NCBI GenBank assembly: GCA_035285545.1
Contig: JAYKGY010000043.1
Location: forward strand, 21,830 to 85,829
DNA from: Snowella sp.
Lineage (GTDB): Bacteria > Cyanobacteriota > Cyanobacteriia > Cyanobacteriales > Microcystaceae
Direction of reading: 5' to 3'
DNA: 64,000 bases
Part shown: one piece after another, positions 40,828-52,197 of the stretch
Layout: each line of letters begins with the position of its first letter
How positions within the stretch are numbered: the first letter of the stretch is position 1
Made by a program: the position numbers and the translations under genes
Notes under the pieces: model-generated
What the model was told of the DNA's origin: nothing
The model's input: the letters and a program-made list of their open reading frames with translations, nothing else
The model's database searches: none

Positions 40828-43800
40828 TCAACCCGTATTCCGCATTCCAGCCGCAATTCCATTAATGGTTAACATGGCTCCTCGGAGTAACTCATCTTTG
40901 GAATAACGACGATAACGGACGGTATTAGAAGCCTCTTCCTGGGTAACTTGCCGCAGACGTTTTAAGAGCGATACTTGCAAGAATCCTAAGGGGACAATGG
41001 TACGATTTCGTAGTTGCACGGATTTCTGTAGGCTGCGATCGCCGTCCAATAAATTTTTATGGGCAGTAATCTGGAGAATAATGTCACGGGTGAGGTGATA
41101 CTCATCGGCAATTTGTTGGAAAAGTCGCTGGAATCGTTCTCGATCTTCCGGCTTGGAGAGTTCTTTGACGTAATGTTGAGCAATACTTAAATCCACTTTA
41201 GATAAGGTCATCTCTACCTTGGCGATTACCATATTAAAAAATGGCCATTTAAAGTAAAAATAACGCAATAATTTGAGATTTTTAACCGGATCTTGGTCAA
41301 CAAAGGATTTTAGCGCACTTCCAACGCCATACCAGGCAGGCAATAAGAAACGGCTTTGTGTCCAACTAAAGACCCAGGGAATGGCTCGCAGGGTACTGAG
41401 ATCCCGTTTACCACTACTGCGACGGGCAGGACGAGAACTAATTTGGAGTTCACTAATTTCAGAAATGGGGGTAATAGAGAGGAAAAAGTCCAGAAAATCC
41501 GGCTCTTCGTAAATTAAAGACCGATAAACTTTGCGGGAGGAAGCCGATAAGTCTTCCATAATGCGGTTCCACGGTTCAATATAATCGAAACTGCTTTTCA
41601 GTAAGCTGGCTTGAATCACCGCTGCCGTCAAGGTTTCCAGATTATAGAGGGCTAATTCGGGCAAGGAGTATTTAGACGCGAGGACTTCTCCCTGCTCGGT
41701 AATTTTAATGCGTCCATCGACAGTACCGGCAGGTTGGGCCAAAATCGCTTTATAGGCCGGGCCGCCCCCTCGACCAACCGAACCCCCTCGACCATGAAAC
41801 AGGCGGAGAATTAAGCCATATTCCTGGGCAACTTGTTGGAGAGCTTTTTGGGCTTTGTGAATTTCCCAGTTACTACTCAGAAATCCTGAATCCTTGTTAC
41901 TGTCTGAGTAACCCACCATGATTTCTTGTAAGTTCGAGGGCGATAGTAGGGACTCTGGTGGCGCGATCGCGAGATTTTCATCCTGGGTTTCCCAGCGGGC
42001 GAGAGCTTGATAGCTTCCGGCCAGGGCTGCCCGATAGAAAGATAGCTCAAATAGACTCCTCATGATGCCTGGGGCATTTTTTAAGTCTTCAACGGTTTCA
42101 AATAGGGGAACAATGCGGACAGAGCTACTCGCGGTTGCCGGATCGTATAATCCTGCTTCTTTTGCTAAGAGTAAGACCTCTAGAACATCACTTGCATCGT
42201 TGGTCATACTGATGATGTAGGTATGACAAATTTCTATCCCAAATTCTTGCTGGAGGGAGCGTAATGTCCGTAAGGTTTCGATGCTTTCACAGGTTCTTTC
42301 GGAAAAGGGCATGTCCTGGGGAATTAGGGGTCGTCGAGTTTGGAGTTCTATGCTTAGCCAATTAATTTTGTCTGCTTCACTCAGTTCATCGTAGGGACAG
42401 GGAAGCACTCCCATATAGGCCGCAATTTCTGCGATCGCTTCTGCATGACGGGAAGACTCTTGACGAAAATCTAATTGCACCAACGTAAAGCCATAAACTT
42501 CCACTTGGGTAATGAGTTGTTCTAACTCCAGACAACTTAGTCCTGTTTCCAATAAATTTCGTTGAATAAGTTGTAATTCTTCTAAAAATTCTTTTCCTGA
42601 GCGATAGTATTGGGGTTGGTTGGTTTTGCTAACCATTGAGCGTTCATCGGGATTCGACAGTCGATGGTTGCGGTCTAAGGTATTTTCCAATCGCTTTTGG
42701 ATATAGGCCAACTTCATGCGGTAGGGTTCCTGGCGATAACGGAGCATCACGCCTTCGTAAATTTCAGGTAATTGCATGCGATCGCGCTCCAAGGAATCTA
42801 AAATTTCCTGGGAAACCTTACACCAATGGAGAGAAGGACTGAGAACCGACGTTAATTCATAGATGCTATTCAGGTATTTTTTCAACACCATGCCCCGCTG
42901 ATAACAGGCCGTCTGCCAAGTGACTTCAGGGGTGACCGAGGGATTGCCATCGCGATCGCCGCCGACCCAGGAGCCAAAGTAACAGAAATTCGGGCGAGGG
43001 GCACGCAACCAAGGAAACTTACTTTTAATAGCTAATTCTAAACGTTTGGCTAATTGGGGAATGGCATCAAACAAAACCTCATCAAAATAGTGAAGCGCGT
43101 AATCGACCTCATCTAACACAGTGGGCTTAAATTGGTGTAATTCATCTGTCCGCCACCAAAAACGGATTTCCTCCGTCAATTTTTCCATCGCAGCTTTCGT
43201 TTCCCAAGAGCTTAGCCAATCGGTTCTTGCTAGGCTGATTTCTAACTGGTCTAACTTCCGTAAAATATGGTCAATGCGGCGTTGCTTGCGGCGAATGGTG
43301 TGGCGTACAATCTCTGTCGGGTGAGCCGTAATCACCAGCCGAATATCTAACTGGTCTAATAACCGTTGAATCTGCTTGGGAGGAACATTAAGTTGTTTGA
43401 GTTGGCCAAAGAGCCAATTAAAATCCCCCACCTGTTCGGTACTCCCCCCTTCACCTATATTTTTCTTGATTAGGCTGAGTTCGATGGGGAGGGAATTGAG
43501 AGCCTCTTCTCCTTTTTCTTCATCGTAGGGGGCAGGAGTTGTACTGTGGGAAGATTCCCTGCGATTGCGTTCCTGTTCGCGCTGTTCATAATGCTGCTCC
43601 ACAATATTAATCAATTGAAAGTAGAGCGCAAAGGCACGGGCTGCCCGAATAGCATCATTCAATTCTAATTTTTCAATACGTTCGGTGATACCCTGTAAAG
43701 ACAGTTCTGACATTTCGCTTTTTTGATCTTCCAAGGAACATCGCGATCGCAATTCACTTAAAAGATCGACTAATTCCTGCCCACATTCTGATTGCAAAAC

Positions 43801-43944
43801 TGATTCCCAAAGATCCTCAACCAATTTCAAACGGTGGTTTAAAACCGATCCATCTGACTGGGCCAAACGCGCAGTCGCGTCAACTGAATTAGACGTAGTG
43901 ACCCCATCAAAAGCGGTAGTAGAGGATTGGATGACCGGACTCAT
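40828..43944 (-). CDS. ppc: Phosphoenolpyruvate carboxylase
   Basis: [41 protein letters not shown]-terminal GMRNTG. Confidence 0.98.
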   Translation of the reverse strand: MSPVIQSSTTAFDGVTTSNSVDATARLAQSDGSVLNHRLKLVEDLWESVLQSECGQELVDLLSELRSRCSLEDQKSEMSELSLQGITERIEKLELNDAIRAARAFALYFQLINIVEQHYEQREQERNRRESSHSTTPAPYDEEKGEEALNSLPIELSLIKKNIGEGGSTEQVGDFNWLFGQLKQLNVPPKQIQRLLDQLDIRLVITAHPTEIVRHTIRRKQRRIDHILRKLDQLEISLARTDWLSSWETKAAMEKLTEEIRFWWRTDELHQFKPTVLDEVDYALHYFDEVLFDAIPQLAKRLELAIKSKFPWLRAPRPNFCYFGSWVGGDRDGNPSVTPEVTWQTACYQRGMVLKKYLNSIYELTSVLSPSLHWCKVSQEILDSLERDRMQLPEIYEGVMLRYRQEPYRMKLAYIQKRLENTLDRNHRLSNPDERSMVSKTNQPQYYRSGKEFLEELQLIQRNLLETGLSCLELEQLITQVEVYGFTLVQLDFRQESSRHAEAIAEIAAYMGVLPCPYDELSEADKINWLSIELQTRRPLIPQDMPFSERTCESIETLRTLRSLQQEFGIEICHTYIISMTNDASDVLEVLLLAKEAGLYDPATASSSVRIVPLFETVEDLKNAPGIMRSLFELSFYRAALAGSYQALARWETQDENLAIAPPESLLSPSNLQEIMVGYSDSNKDSGFLSSNWEIHKAQKALQQVAQEYGLILRLFHGRGGSVGRGGGPAYKAILAQPAGTVDGRIKITEQGEVLASKYSLPELALYNLETLTAAVIQASLLKSSFDYIEPWNRIMEDLSASSRKVYRSLIYEEPDFLDFFLSITPISEISELQISSRPARRSSGKRDLSTLRAIPWVFSWTQSRFLLPAWYGVGSALKSFVDQDPVKNLKLLRYFYFKWPFFNMVIAKVEMTLSKVDLSIAQHYVKELSKPEDRERFQRLFQQIADEYHLTRDIILQITAHKNLLDGDRSLQKSVQLRNRTIVPLGFLQVSLLKRLRQVTQEEASNTVRYRRYSKDELLRGAMLTINGIAAGMRNTG

Positions 43945-44142
43945 AGGTACCTCAATAGTTATTGACAATGCAAAAATGGCAGAAAAAGTGAACGTAGCAA
44001 TCGAGTTCTAACCCGCCTAAAAATGCTCAATCCAGATTATTGTATCGGTTCTGGCCGATCTTGGATTGTTATTAGGACAACGAAATATTTAGAAATGCGT
44101 ATTTATTCGAGATCTTCGACATGAAAGTATTAGGGATTGATT

Positions 44143-44931
44143 TTACTCTAAGCTTAAGACCCTTGTCCGTTCCCCCGTAATTTCAATCAGGCTATTTGCT
44201 GGCAAAGCTTGCCATTCTCCCCCAAATAATGGCTCAGAAGCCACGATCACCGCCTCTGGATATTGAGCCTGCTGTTCTAACCAATACAAACTAGGCACGG
44301 GTTGACGGTTAGCGTAACGAGAAGCCACCAACTGTTGACCATCGCTGAGGATAATATTAGCCGAAAAATAAGTGTGTTGAGCTTTCGCCAATTGCGTGAG
44401 CTTCAGTAAGGTATTTTTTAAAGCCATTGCTAGGGAAATTTCAGGCGTAGTTTGTAACTCATTAATAATCAAGGCAAAAATATGCTCAGAATCCGTTGTC
44501 CCGTGAATTAATTGATAACTTTCATCACTCAGTTGATTCCGAATCGGACGATAAAGGGTTTTACGAAAATGATGAATAAAGCCATTGTGAATAAACAATA
44601 ATTTTCCCTGGGTAAAGGGCTGACAATTGGTTAAATCAACGGCTAAAGGCGGTGTAGCACTCCGCACATACCCCAAAATACAAGGAGATTCTACATAACG
44701 GCTCAGATGGGGTAAATTAACATCACTCCAAATCGGTAAAATATTTTTATAGAGATAGGGATTGTCTTCTTTTTGGGCGTTAAACCAACCCACACCAAAG
44801 CCATCGGCATTTAACAGTCCTGCCGTCATTTCTTTCGGTTGATAACTTTGAACAATTAACGAATGTTCGGGTTGATAAAGTAATTGATCTAGTTGGATCG
44901 GTTTTCCTAAATAGCCTAACAAGCGGCACAT
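44143..44931 (-). CDS. egtC: Ergothioneine biosynthesis Ntn-hydrolase
   Basis: MCRLLGY N-terminal Cys; [32 protein letters not shown]. Confidence 0.88.
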   Translation of the reverse strand: MCRLLGYLGKPIQLDQLLYQPEHSLIVQSYQPKEMTAGLLNADGFGVGWFNAQKEDNPYLYKNILPIWSDVNLPHLSRYVESPCILGYVRSATPPLAVDLTNCQPFTQGKLLFIHNGFIHHFRKTLYRPIRNQLSDESYQLIHGTTDSEHIFALIINELQTTPEISLAMALKNTLLKLTQLAKAQHTYFSANIILSDGQQLVASRYANRQPVPSLYWLEQQAQYPEAVIVASEPLFGGEWQALPANSLIEITGERTRVLSLE

Positions 44932-45137
44932 AAGCAAGGATGGTAATTTTCAGCAATGAAGATTGCAGCATTCTTCTTTACTATCCTATAGGCTGAGGGC
45001 AAAGGCTGTTGTCTTGATTACGTCTTCTTCTTTTAATCGCGATCGCTGAATCAATCTCAATAAACAAGACATCCCACCAGTACCGATTTCAACAATCTGA
45101 TCATTTGGGAGATGCCTATCAAGCTAACACGTCAATC

Positions 45138-45383
45138 TTAAAGAACCTGCTCAACTTCCGCAATCTCGGGGATCATTTCTCTCAACCGACGCTCAATGCC
45201 CATTCTCAAGGTCATCGTCGAACTAGGACAAGAACCACAGGCCCCTTGTAAACGTAATTTAACGATCGGCCCATCGATCTCGACTAATTCCACATTGCCA
45301 CCATCCGCCATCAGATAGGGGCGCATTTCATCTAAAACGGTTTCAACATTGTTGGGTGTTAATTCTAAAGTGGTGGATGCCAT
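45138..45383 (-). CDS. NifU/Nfu family Fe-S cluster carrier
   Basis: [13 protein letters not shown]...[13 protein letters not shown]. Confidence 0.93.
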   Translation of the reverse strand: MASTTLELTPNNVETVLDEMRPYLMADGGNVELVEIDGPIVKLRLQGACGSCPSSTMTLRMGIERRLREMIPEIAEVEQVL

Positions 45384-45593
45384 GGTTAACCTCGGTAAAG
45401 AAATAATTGCATTGCTGTTAAGTTTATCCTAGCGTTAATTTGTTTTGTTCTTGAGATCAAGCTGATATTTCGTCCGTTGGCCCTATTAATAGAGTAAGAA
45501 GCTTGTACGATGCTACGTCCAGTCAATATGTTTAGCTAGCTAATCTATAACTTGTGCAAACCAATGATCTTAAACGCTACTGATAAAAATGAG

Positions 45594-45890
45594 TTAAGGA
45601 TGGGGTGTAATGGCAATAACGGTTATTTCTCGTTGATTCGGCCCATAATGCCAAAATATTCGATAAGCTCCATGCGTTTTATTTTCAACATAAGATTCAA
45701 ACACTTCTTCACCGTTTCGACCTTGAATTGCAGTGTATTTATGGGTCTGTAAACTCGGATGGCGAAGATTCGTTTCAATTAAAGCCAATGTCTTTAAAAC
45801 TTTTTTCAATTTTTTATCATTATGAGCTTCAAGTTCTGTTAAAGCTATTTTGGCTGTAGGTTGAAATATTAAGCGAAAATTTATTGACAT
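45594..45890 (-). CDS. Putative RelE/ParE-like toxin (uncharacterised family)
   Basis: ~98 aa basic protein: RHPSLQTHKY...VFESYVENKT.GAYRIFWHYGP...ITVIAITPHP; lies downstream of a small acidic gene. Confidence 0.55.
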   Translation of the reverse strand: MSINFRLIFQPTAKIALTELEAHNDKKLKKVLKTLALIETNLRHPSLQTHKYTAIQGRNGEEVFESYVENKTHGAYRIFWHYGPNQREITVIAITPHP

Positions 45891-45946
45891 GCTTGAAATC
45901 AAATTCTACACGATCAACCTAGTTGCTTGAAGCAACAGTTGGAAAC

Positions 45947-46252
45947 TTAAAAGGAAAGTTCATCACAGTTATCTATCTCTAAATCTGCATATTGAGCAAA
46001 AGAACCAATATATTCACCCCTACCTTGAGCAGAATCCTTTAAACCCTGCTTAACGGCTTCTAACGCTTCAGGATTTTCAAAAAGCCAGCGTTCTCGTCCG
46101 GGGATATCTACGATGGGTTCTAATAAAATGTGTCCGAGATCATTGATCAGCACACGATAAATTTTGCTTGTTATACCAGTCTCAAAAGCAATTTTTCCTT
46201 GACTATCAGACTGAACGATGTTTTCTATGACTCGAAATTCGGTATTAAGCAT
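45947..46252 (-). CDS. Putative antitoxin (AbrB-like N-terminus, acidic C-terminus)
   Basis: DSQGKI...YRVLINDLGHILLEP, WLFENPEALEAVKQGLKDSAQGR, acidic tail. Confidence 0.5.
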   Translation of the reverse strand: MLNTEFRVIENIVQSDSQGKIAFETGITSKIYRVLINDLGHILLEPIVDIPGRERWLFENPEALEAVKQGLKDSAQGRGEYIGSFAQYADLEIDNCDELSF

Positions 46253-46270
46253 AAAGATTGTTTACTTTAT

Positions 46271-47461
46271 CTAAAATTGTAGATTAATTTCTCGTTTATT
46301 AAAAGGTAAATCTTGATTGATGGCATCAATTTCTTCCTGTTCCAGTTGATTAATTTCACCGATATAATGAAGTAAAATTTGACTCATTTTTTGATTATAA
46401 AAACGGTGTAGGCTGTAGTTCGGCGTTGCGGGAAATCCCCTGCGTCGTTTGTGTTGGCCGCCCGCGCCTGGGTCAAAGAGTTTTATTCCTTGACTAATTG
46501 CCCATTCAATCGGTTGATAATAACAGGCTTCAAAATGTAAACAATCGTATTCTTGAAAACTGCCCCAATACCGTCCGTAAAGGTTTTCTCCTTTGCGTAA
46601 ACAGAAAGACAAGCCCACCGGATGCTCACTATTATTTTCATTAAAAGCCGTGACTAACACCACGCGATCGCGATAATTCGGATAAAGATTTTCAAAAAAT
46701 TTACGAGTGAGATATTTACTGCCCCAATAAAACTTATCGCAAGTGCTGCTGTAAAACCGATAAATTAAAGGAAATAAATGATGGGGAATGTCTTCTCCTG
46801 CTAAGGTTTTAATCGTTAAGCCTGCTTGATCAACCGCTTTACGTTCCCGCTTAATATTGCGCCGTTGATTAGCATTAAACATTTTTAAATAATCATCAAA
46901 GCTTGCAAACTCCCGATTTGTCCAGATGTAACTATGGTGTAACCAGGGGGTAAATCCATAATTTTCCATCCGTTGTCGCCATTCAGGATTAACAAACAAA
47001 AAATTACAACTGGATAAACGGTTGCGATCGCAGAAATGATCAATTGCCGAAACCATCATTTCCGTTAACGTGAACTCATCTTCATCAGGTGCGATTAAAA
47101 ACTGATACCCTTCCGCCGGCGTAAAGGGAGTCATGCCCAATAATTTCGGGTAATATTCAATACCGAGACGATAGGCTAAATTTGACCATTGATGATCGAA
47201 AACAAATTCGCCATAACTGTGACCTTTCAAGTATAAGGGGGCTGCTGCTACCAAGGTTTGACCCTTCCACACGGTTAAATGACAGGGTTGCCATCCTGTT
47301 TTGGCGGTTGCACTGCCAGAAGCTTCTAAATTATGGAGCCATTCCCACTCTAAAAACGGCGTTTTTAACGGTTGAGCCAACGCATCCCAAGCCGCTTGAG
47401 GAATATCTGCCATTCGTTGCTGCCAAGTTACCGTATATTGAGACTTCAAAGATTTAAACAT
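46271..47461 (-). CDS. GNAT/FemAB-like protein (DUF482 type)
   Basis: APLYLKGHSYGEFVFDHQW, YYPKL, LYGRYWG, LHFEACYY, GAGGQHK. Confidence 0.85.
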   Translation of the reverse strand: MFKSLKSQYTVTWQQRMADIPQAAWDALAQPLKTPFLEWEWLHNLEASGSATAKTGWQPCHLTVWKGQTLVAAAPLYLKGHSYGEFVFDHQWSNLAYRLGIEYYPKLLGMTPFTPAEGYQFLIAPDEDEFTLTEMMVSAIDHFCDRNRLSSCNFLFVNPEWRQRMENYGFTPWLHHSYIWTNREFASFDDYLKMFNANQRRNIKRERKAVDQAGLTIKTLAGEDIPHHLFPLIYRFYSSTCDKFYWGSKYLTRKFFENLYPNYRDRVVLVTAFNENNSEHPVGLSFCLRKGENLYGRYWGSFQEYDCLHFEACYYQPIEWAISQGIKLFDPGAGGQHKRRRGFPATPNYSLHRFYNQKMSQILLHYIGEINQLEQEEIDAINQDLPFNKREINLQF

Positions 47462-47514
47462 TGCAATGCTTGAGTCACTTTTAGGGGCTTTTTATTAAGG
47501 TATCGCAACTATTC

Positions 47515-48201
47515 TTAATGTTCCACCCGATAGTGGAGAAAAATTTCCTGTTCTTGCTGTTTGACAGACAGTAACTGTAAGGCTTTGGCCTGGGTTAACA
47601 AAAACCCTTCTCCCTCAACCGGCGTGGGAGCCAACTTTCCGCCGACTAAAAAGGGGCAAATCGTTAACCAAATCTCATCAATGCAATCTGCGGTGAGTAG
47701 GCTACTGACTAAGGTTCCACCGCCTAAAATAGCTAATTTTTTCAGACCGAATTCTCCCAATTGGCCTAAAGTTGCTGGCCAGGCGATCGCCTCTCCTTCC
47801 ATTTCTGCTCTAATCACTTTCTCAAAGCCTGAAGATTGCTGTTGTTGCCAATGATTAGCCCCTGTATCGGTCGTTAACAGCCAACGGGGAACAGGTTGAG
47901 AAAAAAAACGCCATTGGGAATCGAGTTTCCCCGATGCAGAACAAACGATGTGGACAGGTTGGGGGGGCTGATTGCGCTGTTGTCGTTGGGCTAATAACTC
48001 TGAATTTTGAATTGATAACGTAGTCCCATAGGCTCTTAAGGTTGTAGCTCCGAATATCACCCCATCAACCAGAGCAATTTGGGCTTCTAAATGCTCTTTA
48101 TCTCGTTGGGAACCAAAGCGGGCAGGAGAAGAGGTGCGATCGCTGATTTTGCCATCGGCGGTCATGGCTAGAATTACTGTCGTCGAGGGGCGTTCTCTCA
48201 C
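47515..48201 (-). CDS. RibD C-terminal domain reductase family protein
   Basis: AMTADGKI, FGATTLR, ILGGGTL, DEIWLTICP. Confidence 0.85.
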   Translation of the reverse strand: MRERPSTTVILAMTADGKISDRTSSPARFGSQRDKEHLEAQIALVDGVIFGATTLRAYGTTLSIQNSELLAQRQQRNQPPQPVHIVCSASGKLDSQWRFFSQPVPRWLLTTDTGANHWQQQQSSGFEKVIRAEMEGEAIAWPATLGQLGEFGLKKLAILGGGTLVSSLLTADCIDEIWLTICPFLVGGKLAPTPVEGEGFLLTQAKALQLLSVKQQEQEIFLHYRVEH

Positions 48202-48373
48202 GGTACCAGACGGATTGAGTTGTCTAATTAAAATAATATTGAAGCCTTAAGAGTTTTAAATCGACAAATTCTACAAAAATCATCAAAAATAAAACCATAA
48301 GCTAATAATAGCTCTTTAAAAGACTATTTTGTCATACTTAAAAAAGCGGTAAAAGGTTTTAAAGAAAAAAAAT

Positions 48374-48387
48374 GTACCTATCTTTAC
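48374..48387. promoter_or_regulatory. NtcA-binding site upstream of glnB
   Basis: tGTA-CCTATCTT-TACa matches GTA-N8-TAC, ~90 bp upstream of glnB, a known NtcA target. Confidence 0.65.
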
Positions 48388-48461
48388 AAAAAGTTCTAGA
48401 CTGAAAGTGATAGAAAATGACAGGTTCACATTATAAATTAGAGACAAAGAAACGTTTTTAA

Positions 48462-48815
<354 letters not shown>

Positions 48816-48851
48816 CGCTTTGAGCAACCAATTTTCGCTCTAACTGATAAA

Positions 48852-49457
48852 TTAGGTGTTTTTTCCTGATTTATTGCCTTCAGCGCAAACTAATGTCGCC
48901 CATTGGGGGAGTAGGGATGCAAAGGCTCTCCCCCGATGACTGATTTCATGCTTTTGCGCGGCCGACATTTCTGCAAAAGTTTTTTGGTATTCAGCAACAT
49001 AGAAAATGGGATCGTAGCCAAACCCCCCCTTTCCTCGGACTTCTTTGAGAATTTCTCCCGGACAAATCCCTTCGCTTTGGGCCGCAATAGAACCATCAGG
49101 ACGCGCGATCGCGACGGCACAAATAAACTGAGCATTGCGGTTAGCGTTATCTCCCAATTCCCGCAGTAAACGTTCAATGCGTTCTTGATCGGTTTTACCA
49201 TAACGGGCAGAATATAACCCTGGGGCACCATTGAGAGCATCAACCGCTAAACCGGAGTCATCGGCGATCGCCCATTGTCCTAACGCCTTAGCCACTTGAG
49301 ACGCTTTCAGACAAGCATTGGCCATAAAGGTAGACTCGGTTTCCTCAATCTCTAAATCAGCCGGCTTTAAAACTAACTCCCAATCTAATCCACCTAAATA
49401 GGCCTGCATTTCTGCTAACTTACCCGGATTTCCCGTTGCCACCACTAACTTTTCCAT
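48852..49457 (-). CDS. rdgB: Non-canonical purine NTP pyrophosphatase
   Basis: ATGNPGK, ADDSGL, PGLYSARY, GFGYDPIF, SHRGRA. Confidence 0.95.
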   Translation of the reverse strand: MEKLVVATGNPGKLAEMQAYLGGLDWELVLKPADLEIEETESTFMANACLKASQVAKALGQWAIADDSGLAVDALNGAPGLYSARYGKTDQERIERLLRELGDNANRNAQFICAVAIARPDGSIAAQSEGICPGEILKEVRGKGGFGYDPIFYVAEYQKTFAEMSAAQKHEISHRGRAFASLLPQWATLVCAEGNKSGKNT

Positions 49458-49587
49458 AAACGGTTTTCCTCACTAGATCTTTCCTAAATATTTTATTAGA
49501 ATCGTCAGCATCAATCCCTGGAGCGCAAGAATCCGTTCCCCTTAGATTGACTACATGAGTTGTTTATTGAATCTGTTTAAAAATATC

Positions 49588-49968
49588 ATGGACAAAAACA
49601 CAGTTTTTCAAACCCTTCAACAAGGGGTACGGGTGACGGTCGGAGCCACAGCGTCTTTACTTGAAACCCTCCAAGATCCCCAAAAACGCAACACCACCCT
49701 AAGCGAATTGCAAAGTCAACTGAGCCAACAAACCCAACTTTGGGCAGAAAAAGGCTTAGTTACAGAAGAAGAAGCGCGGCGTTTAGTCGATGCCTGGTTA
49801 GCGAAACAAAAATCTTCTGCGAATTCAACTTCTAGTAACCCTAGTAGTAGCACTTCACCCAGTTCTAGCGTGACTTTTAATAACGCTCAATCGGAAATTC
49901 AAGCGTTGACCGAACAACTCATCGCCCTAAAAAATGAACTAGAGCAAGCTCGCAATCAAAATAATTAG
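49588..49968 (+). CDS. Hypothetical helical protein
   Basis: QQGVRVTVGATASLLETLQDP...WAEKG..TEEEAR; Ser-rich linker; coiled-coil end. Confidence 0.65.
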   Translation: MDKNTVFQTLQQGVRVTVGATASLLETLQDPQKRNTTLSELQSQLSQQTQLWAEKGLVTEEEARRLVDAWLAKQKSSANSTSSNPSSSTSPSSSVTFNNAQSEIQALTEQLIALKNELEQARNQNN

Positions 49969-49983
49969 CCGACCTCCCCGAAT

Positions 49984-50079
49984 TTATACTTATTTTCAAT
50001 AACAATGCAATCATCAAATGCTTTTATAGCAAGCGTTGAGGACTGTCAGTATTGGCAAGCTTATTGGGAATAACGATAA
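49984..50079. mobile_element. Degenerate MITE-like inverted-repeat element
   Basis: TTATACTTATTTTCAATAA vs reverse complement of TTATTGGGAATAACGATAA (15/19); shares TTTCAATAACAATG with 54158-54171. Confidence 0.45.
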
Positions 50080-50154
50080 CCATAAAAAACGAGGGCTACT
50101 CCTATACGGTAAAGTTTCCCTCTGAATTCCTGCATATTTGATTTTTCCAGTAAA

Positions 50155-50655
50155 CTAATCAATTCCAATAACGTACTTACGCCATTCTTGATTATGTTCT
50201 CCTCTGGTATGTTTAACCAATTCAAAATGTAGGCTACTGTAAGGCCGACGAGGTTGAACGGCTAGGGGCATATTGGCTTCTTTCGGAGTGCGATTTCCTT
50301 TGTTGACATTACATCTGACACAAGCTGTCACTAAGTTTTCCCACGTATCTCCGCCGCCTCTAGACCGAGGAATCACATGATCGATAGTGAGTTGTTCGCC
50401 TCGATAGTTGCAATACTGACAGGTATGGCGATCGCGTTCTAAAAGATTGCGTCGAGTTAGGGGAATTTCTTTATAGGGAACCTTAACAAAATGGCGCAGA
50501 CGGATCACCGTCGGGAAAGGTAAATCAGCAAGCAAAAAATGACCATTATGTTCGAGTTGCTCCGCTTTTCCTTTAAGCAACAAAACGACCGCCCTTCGCC
50601 AACTGGTGATATTAAGCGGTTCATAGGAGGCATTAAGCACCAGAACCTTGCTCAT
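50155..50655 (-). CDS. HNH endonuclease (conserved stand-alone type)
   Basis: VLVLNASYEPL, RDRHTCQYC, TIDHVIPRSRGG..WENLVTAC..CN..KG. Confidence 0.9.
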   Translation of the reverse strand: MSKVLVLNASYEPLNITSWRRAVVLLLKGKAEQLEHNGHFLLADLPFPTVIRLRHFVKVPYKEIPLTRRNLLERDRHTCQYCNYRGEQLTIDHVIPRSRGGGDTWENLVTACVRCNVNKGNRTPKEANMPLAVQPRRPYSSLHFELVKHTRGEHNQEWRKYVIGID

Positions 50656-50893
50656 AAAACTCGAATTTTGGACTAAATTTTTTTGATGGTAACATATACA
50701 TCCTATTTTGTCTGCATTAAGATGATGGGGCTTCTTTCCACATTTTTCCACTTAAAACCCTAAGTAAAAGGTAGAAACTGCTTGAAATTTCTATCTGTAA
50801 TGGGACTGACATCCCTAGTTGCCAAACCTAAGCTAGAGATATCGGTAAAGGCACAATTTACCGAACCCCAAAATTGACGGAGAGGAGTTTTCA

Positions 50894-51673
50894 ATGTTGA
50901 ATTTAAATCATGCAAAATCAGGAAAAGCCGCACTAGCAGCTTTATTAATCGGTACAACGTTGTTCGGTTCTTTTGTTCCTGTCTCTGCAAAACCAACTCG
51001 CCAACAACTAACATCGGGCAATAGTGTTTTTCGTTCTGCTCCTTCCTCTAACTACAATCGTAATCAGAACCAAAATTTTTCTAATACCAATCAACGGACG
51101 ATTCCGTCAGGAACACTGATTCCCCTCACGTCTAATGAGACTGACACCCTGACCATTAGTCCTAATGAATCCCGTACTTTACGCTTGAATGTCGCGTCCA
51201 ATATTCGCGAAGCCAATGGCAATATTCTTATTCCCGCAGGAAGTGAGGTAACAGGACAATTGCGCTCTTCAGAGACAGGGGTTCAATTCATTGCTCAACA
51301 ACTAACACTCAATAATGGTCAACGTTATTCTCTCAATGCCACATCCCGTGAGCTAGTCGGTTTTCAATCAGAGAATTCAGGATCTTCTGCGGGAGATATT
51401 ATCAAAGGAACCTTAGCTGGAGCAGGAACTGCTACGATTATTTCGGGAACGACCGGCGATCGCCGCATTACCCCTTTAGAAGTGCTAGGCGGTGCTGCTG
51501 TCGGTGCTTTAGCGGGATGGGCATTACCCCAAGCAGGAATTATCGGTGGAGGCACCAGGGAAGTGATGACCATTGATCCGAGTCAAGATTTAAACCTAAC
51601 CCTACAGGCTCCCTTATATCTCAATGCAACGTCGTCTCAATCTCGATGGAATAGTCGTTCTTTCTCTTGGTAG
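50894..51673 (+). CDS. Secreted hypothetical protein with a glycine-zipper-like segment
   Basis: Signal peptide ...PVSA; IPSGTLIP and IPAGSEVTG motifs; GTLAGAG...GGAAVGALAG. Confidence 0.7.
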   Translation: MLNLNHAKSGKAALAALLIGTTLFGSFVPVSAKPTRQQLTSGNSVFRSAPSSNYNRNQNQNFSNTNQRTIPSGTLIPLTSNETDTLTISPNESRTLRLNVASNIREANGNILIPAGSEVTGQLRSSETGVQFIAQQLTLNNGQRYSLNATSRELVGFQSENSGSSAGDIIKGTLAGAGTATIISGTTGDRRITPLEVLGGAAVGALAGWALPQAGIIGGGTREVMTIDPSQDLNLTLQAPLYLNATSSQSRWNSRSFSW

Positions 51674-51699
51674 AACGGAGTGAATCGTTTTTCGCTTCT

Positions 51700-51727
51700 A
51701 ATCCCCTAACGGTAGGGGATTTTTTTA
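51700..51727 (+). terminator. Rho-independent terminator
   Basis: AATCCCCTA-ACGG-TAGGGGATT stem followed by a T run, 27 bp after the 51673 stop. Confidence 0.8.
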
Positions 51728-51856
51728 ATGCCATTAGCATCTGAAGGGTGATGATCCCGTAAACGGACTAATCTATATTCGGTAGCAAAGGTAACGGTCA
51801 AGGAAAAAAAAAGCCGTTATTGTTGCACAAATCCTACTGTATAGAGATAAATACTT

Positions 51857-52057
51857 ATGACAGAACTCGCCATTGAAACCTGCCCTGTTTGTGGAGTGAC
51901 CATTGAAAACGGAGCTAAAGTTGTATTTTCTGTAGGAGCACCCGGAACAAGAGCAAAGCTCTGGGCAAGAGTCTGTAATTTTGCGAAAAGTCCCGATTGT
52001 ATTAATCAAGATGAGTCTGCTATTGGAGCTGTTCAAAATAGTGATTATTATGCTTAA
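51857..52057 (+). CDS. Small four-Cys hypothetical protein
   Basis: CPVC...RVC...DCIN; protein-like composition; followed by a hairpin. Confidence 0.65.
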   Translation: MTELAIETCPVCGVTIENGAKVVFSVGAPGTRAKLWARVCNFAKSPDCINQDESAIGAVQNSDYYA

Positions 52058-52065
52058 TCTCTAAA

Positions 52066-52102
52066 TAAAAAAAGACTTGCAGCATTTTCTCGCTCAAGTC
52101 TT
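52066..52102. terminator. Hairpin between convergent genes
   Basis: A run, then AAGACTTG ... CAAGTCTT inverted repeat. Confidence 0.5.
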
Positions 52103-52197
52103 CACTATCTCAGTATTTTATTGAATATGGCAATCCTAAATGATTCGTATCGAATGAATAAAGATGAGGAGCAATGGCAAGAGCCGATTGTTGATAA

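Noticed and set aside
50155..50655. HNH gene as a defence or mobile nuclease
   Set aside because: Matches the widespread stand-alone VLVLNASYEPL-type HNH, has host-like composition with HIP1, and has no partner genes
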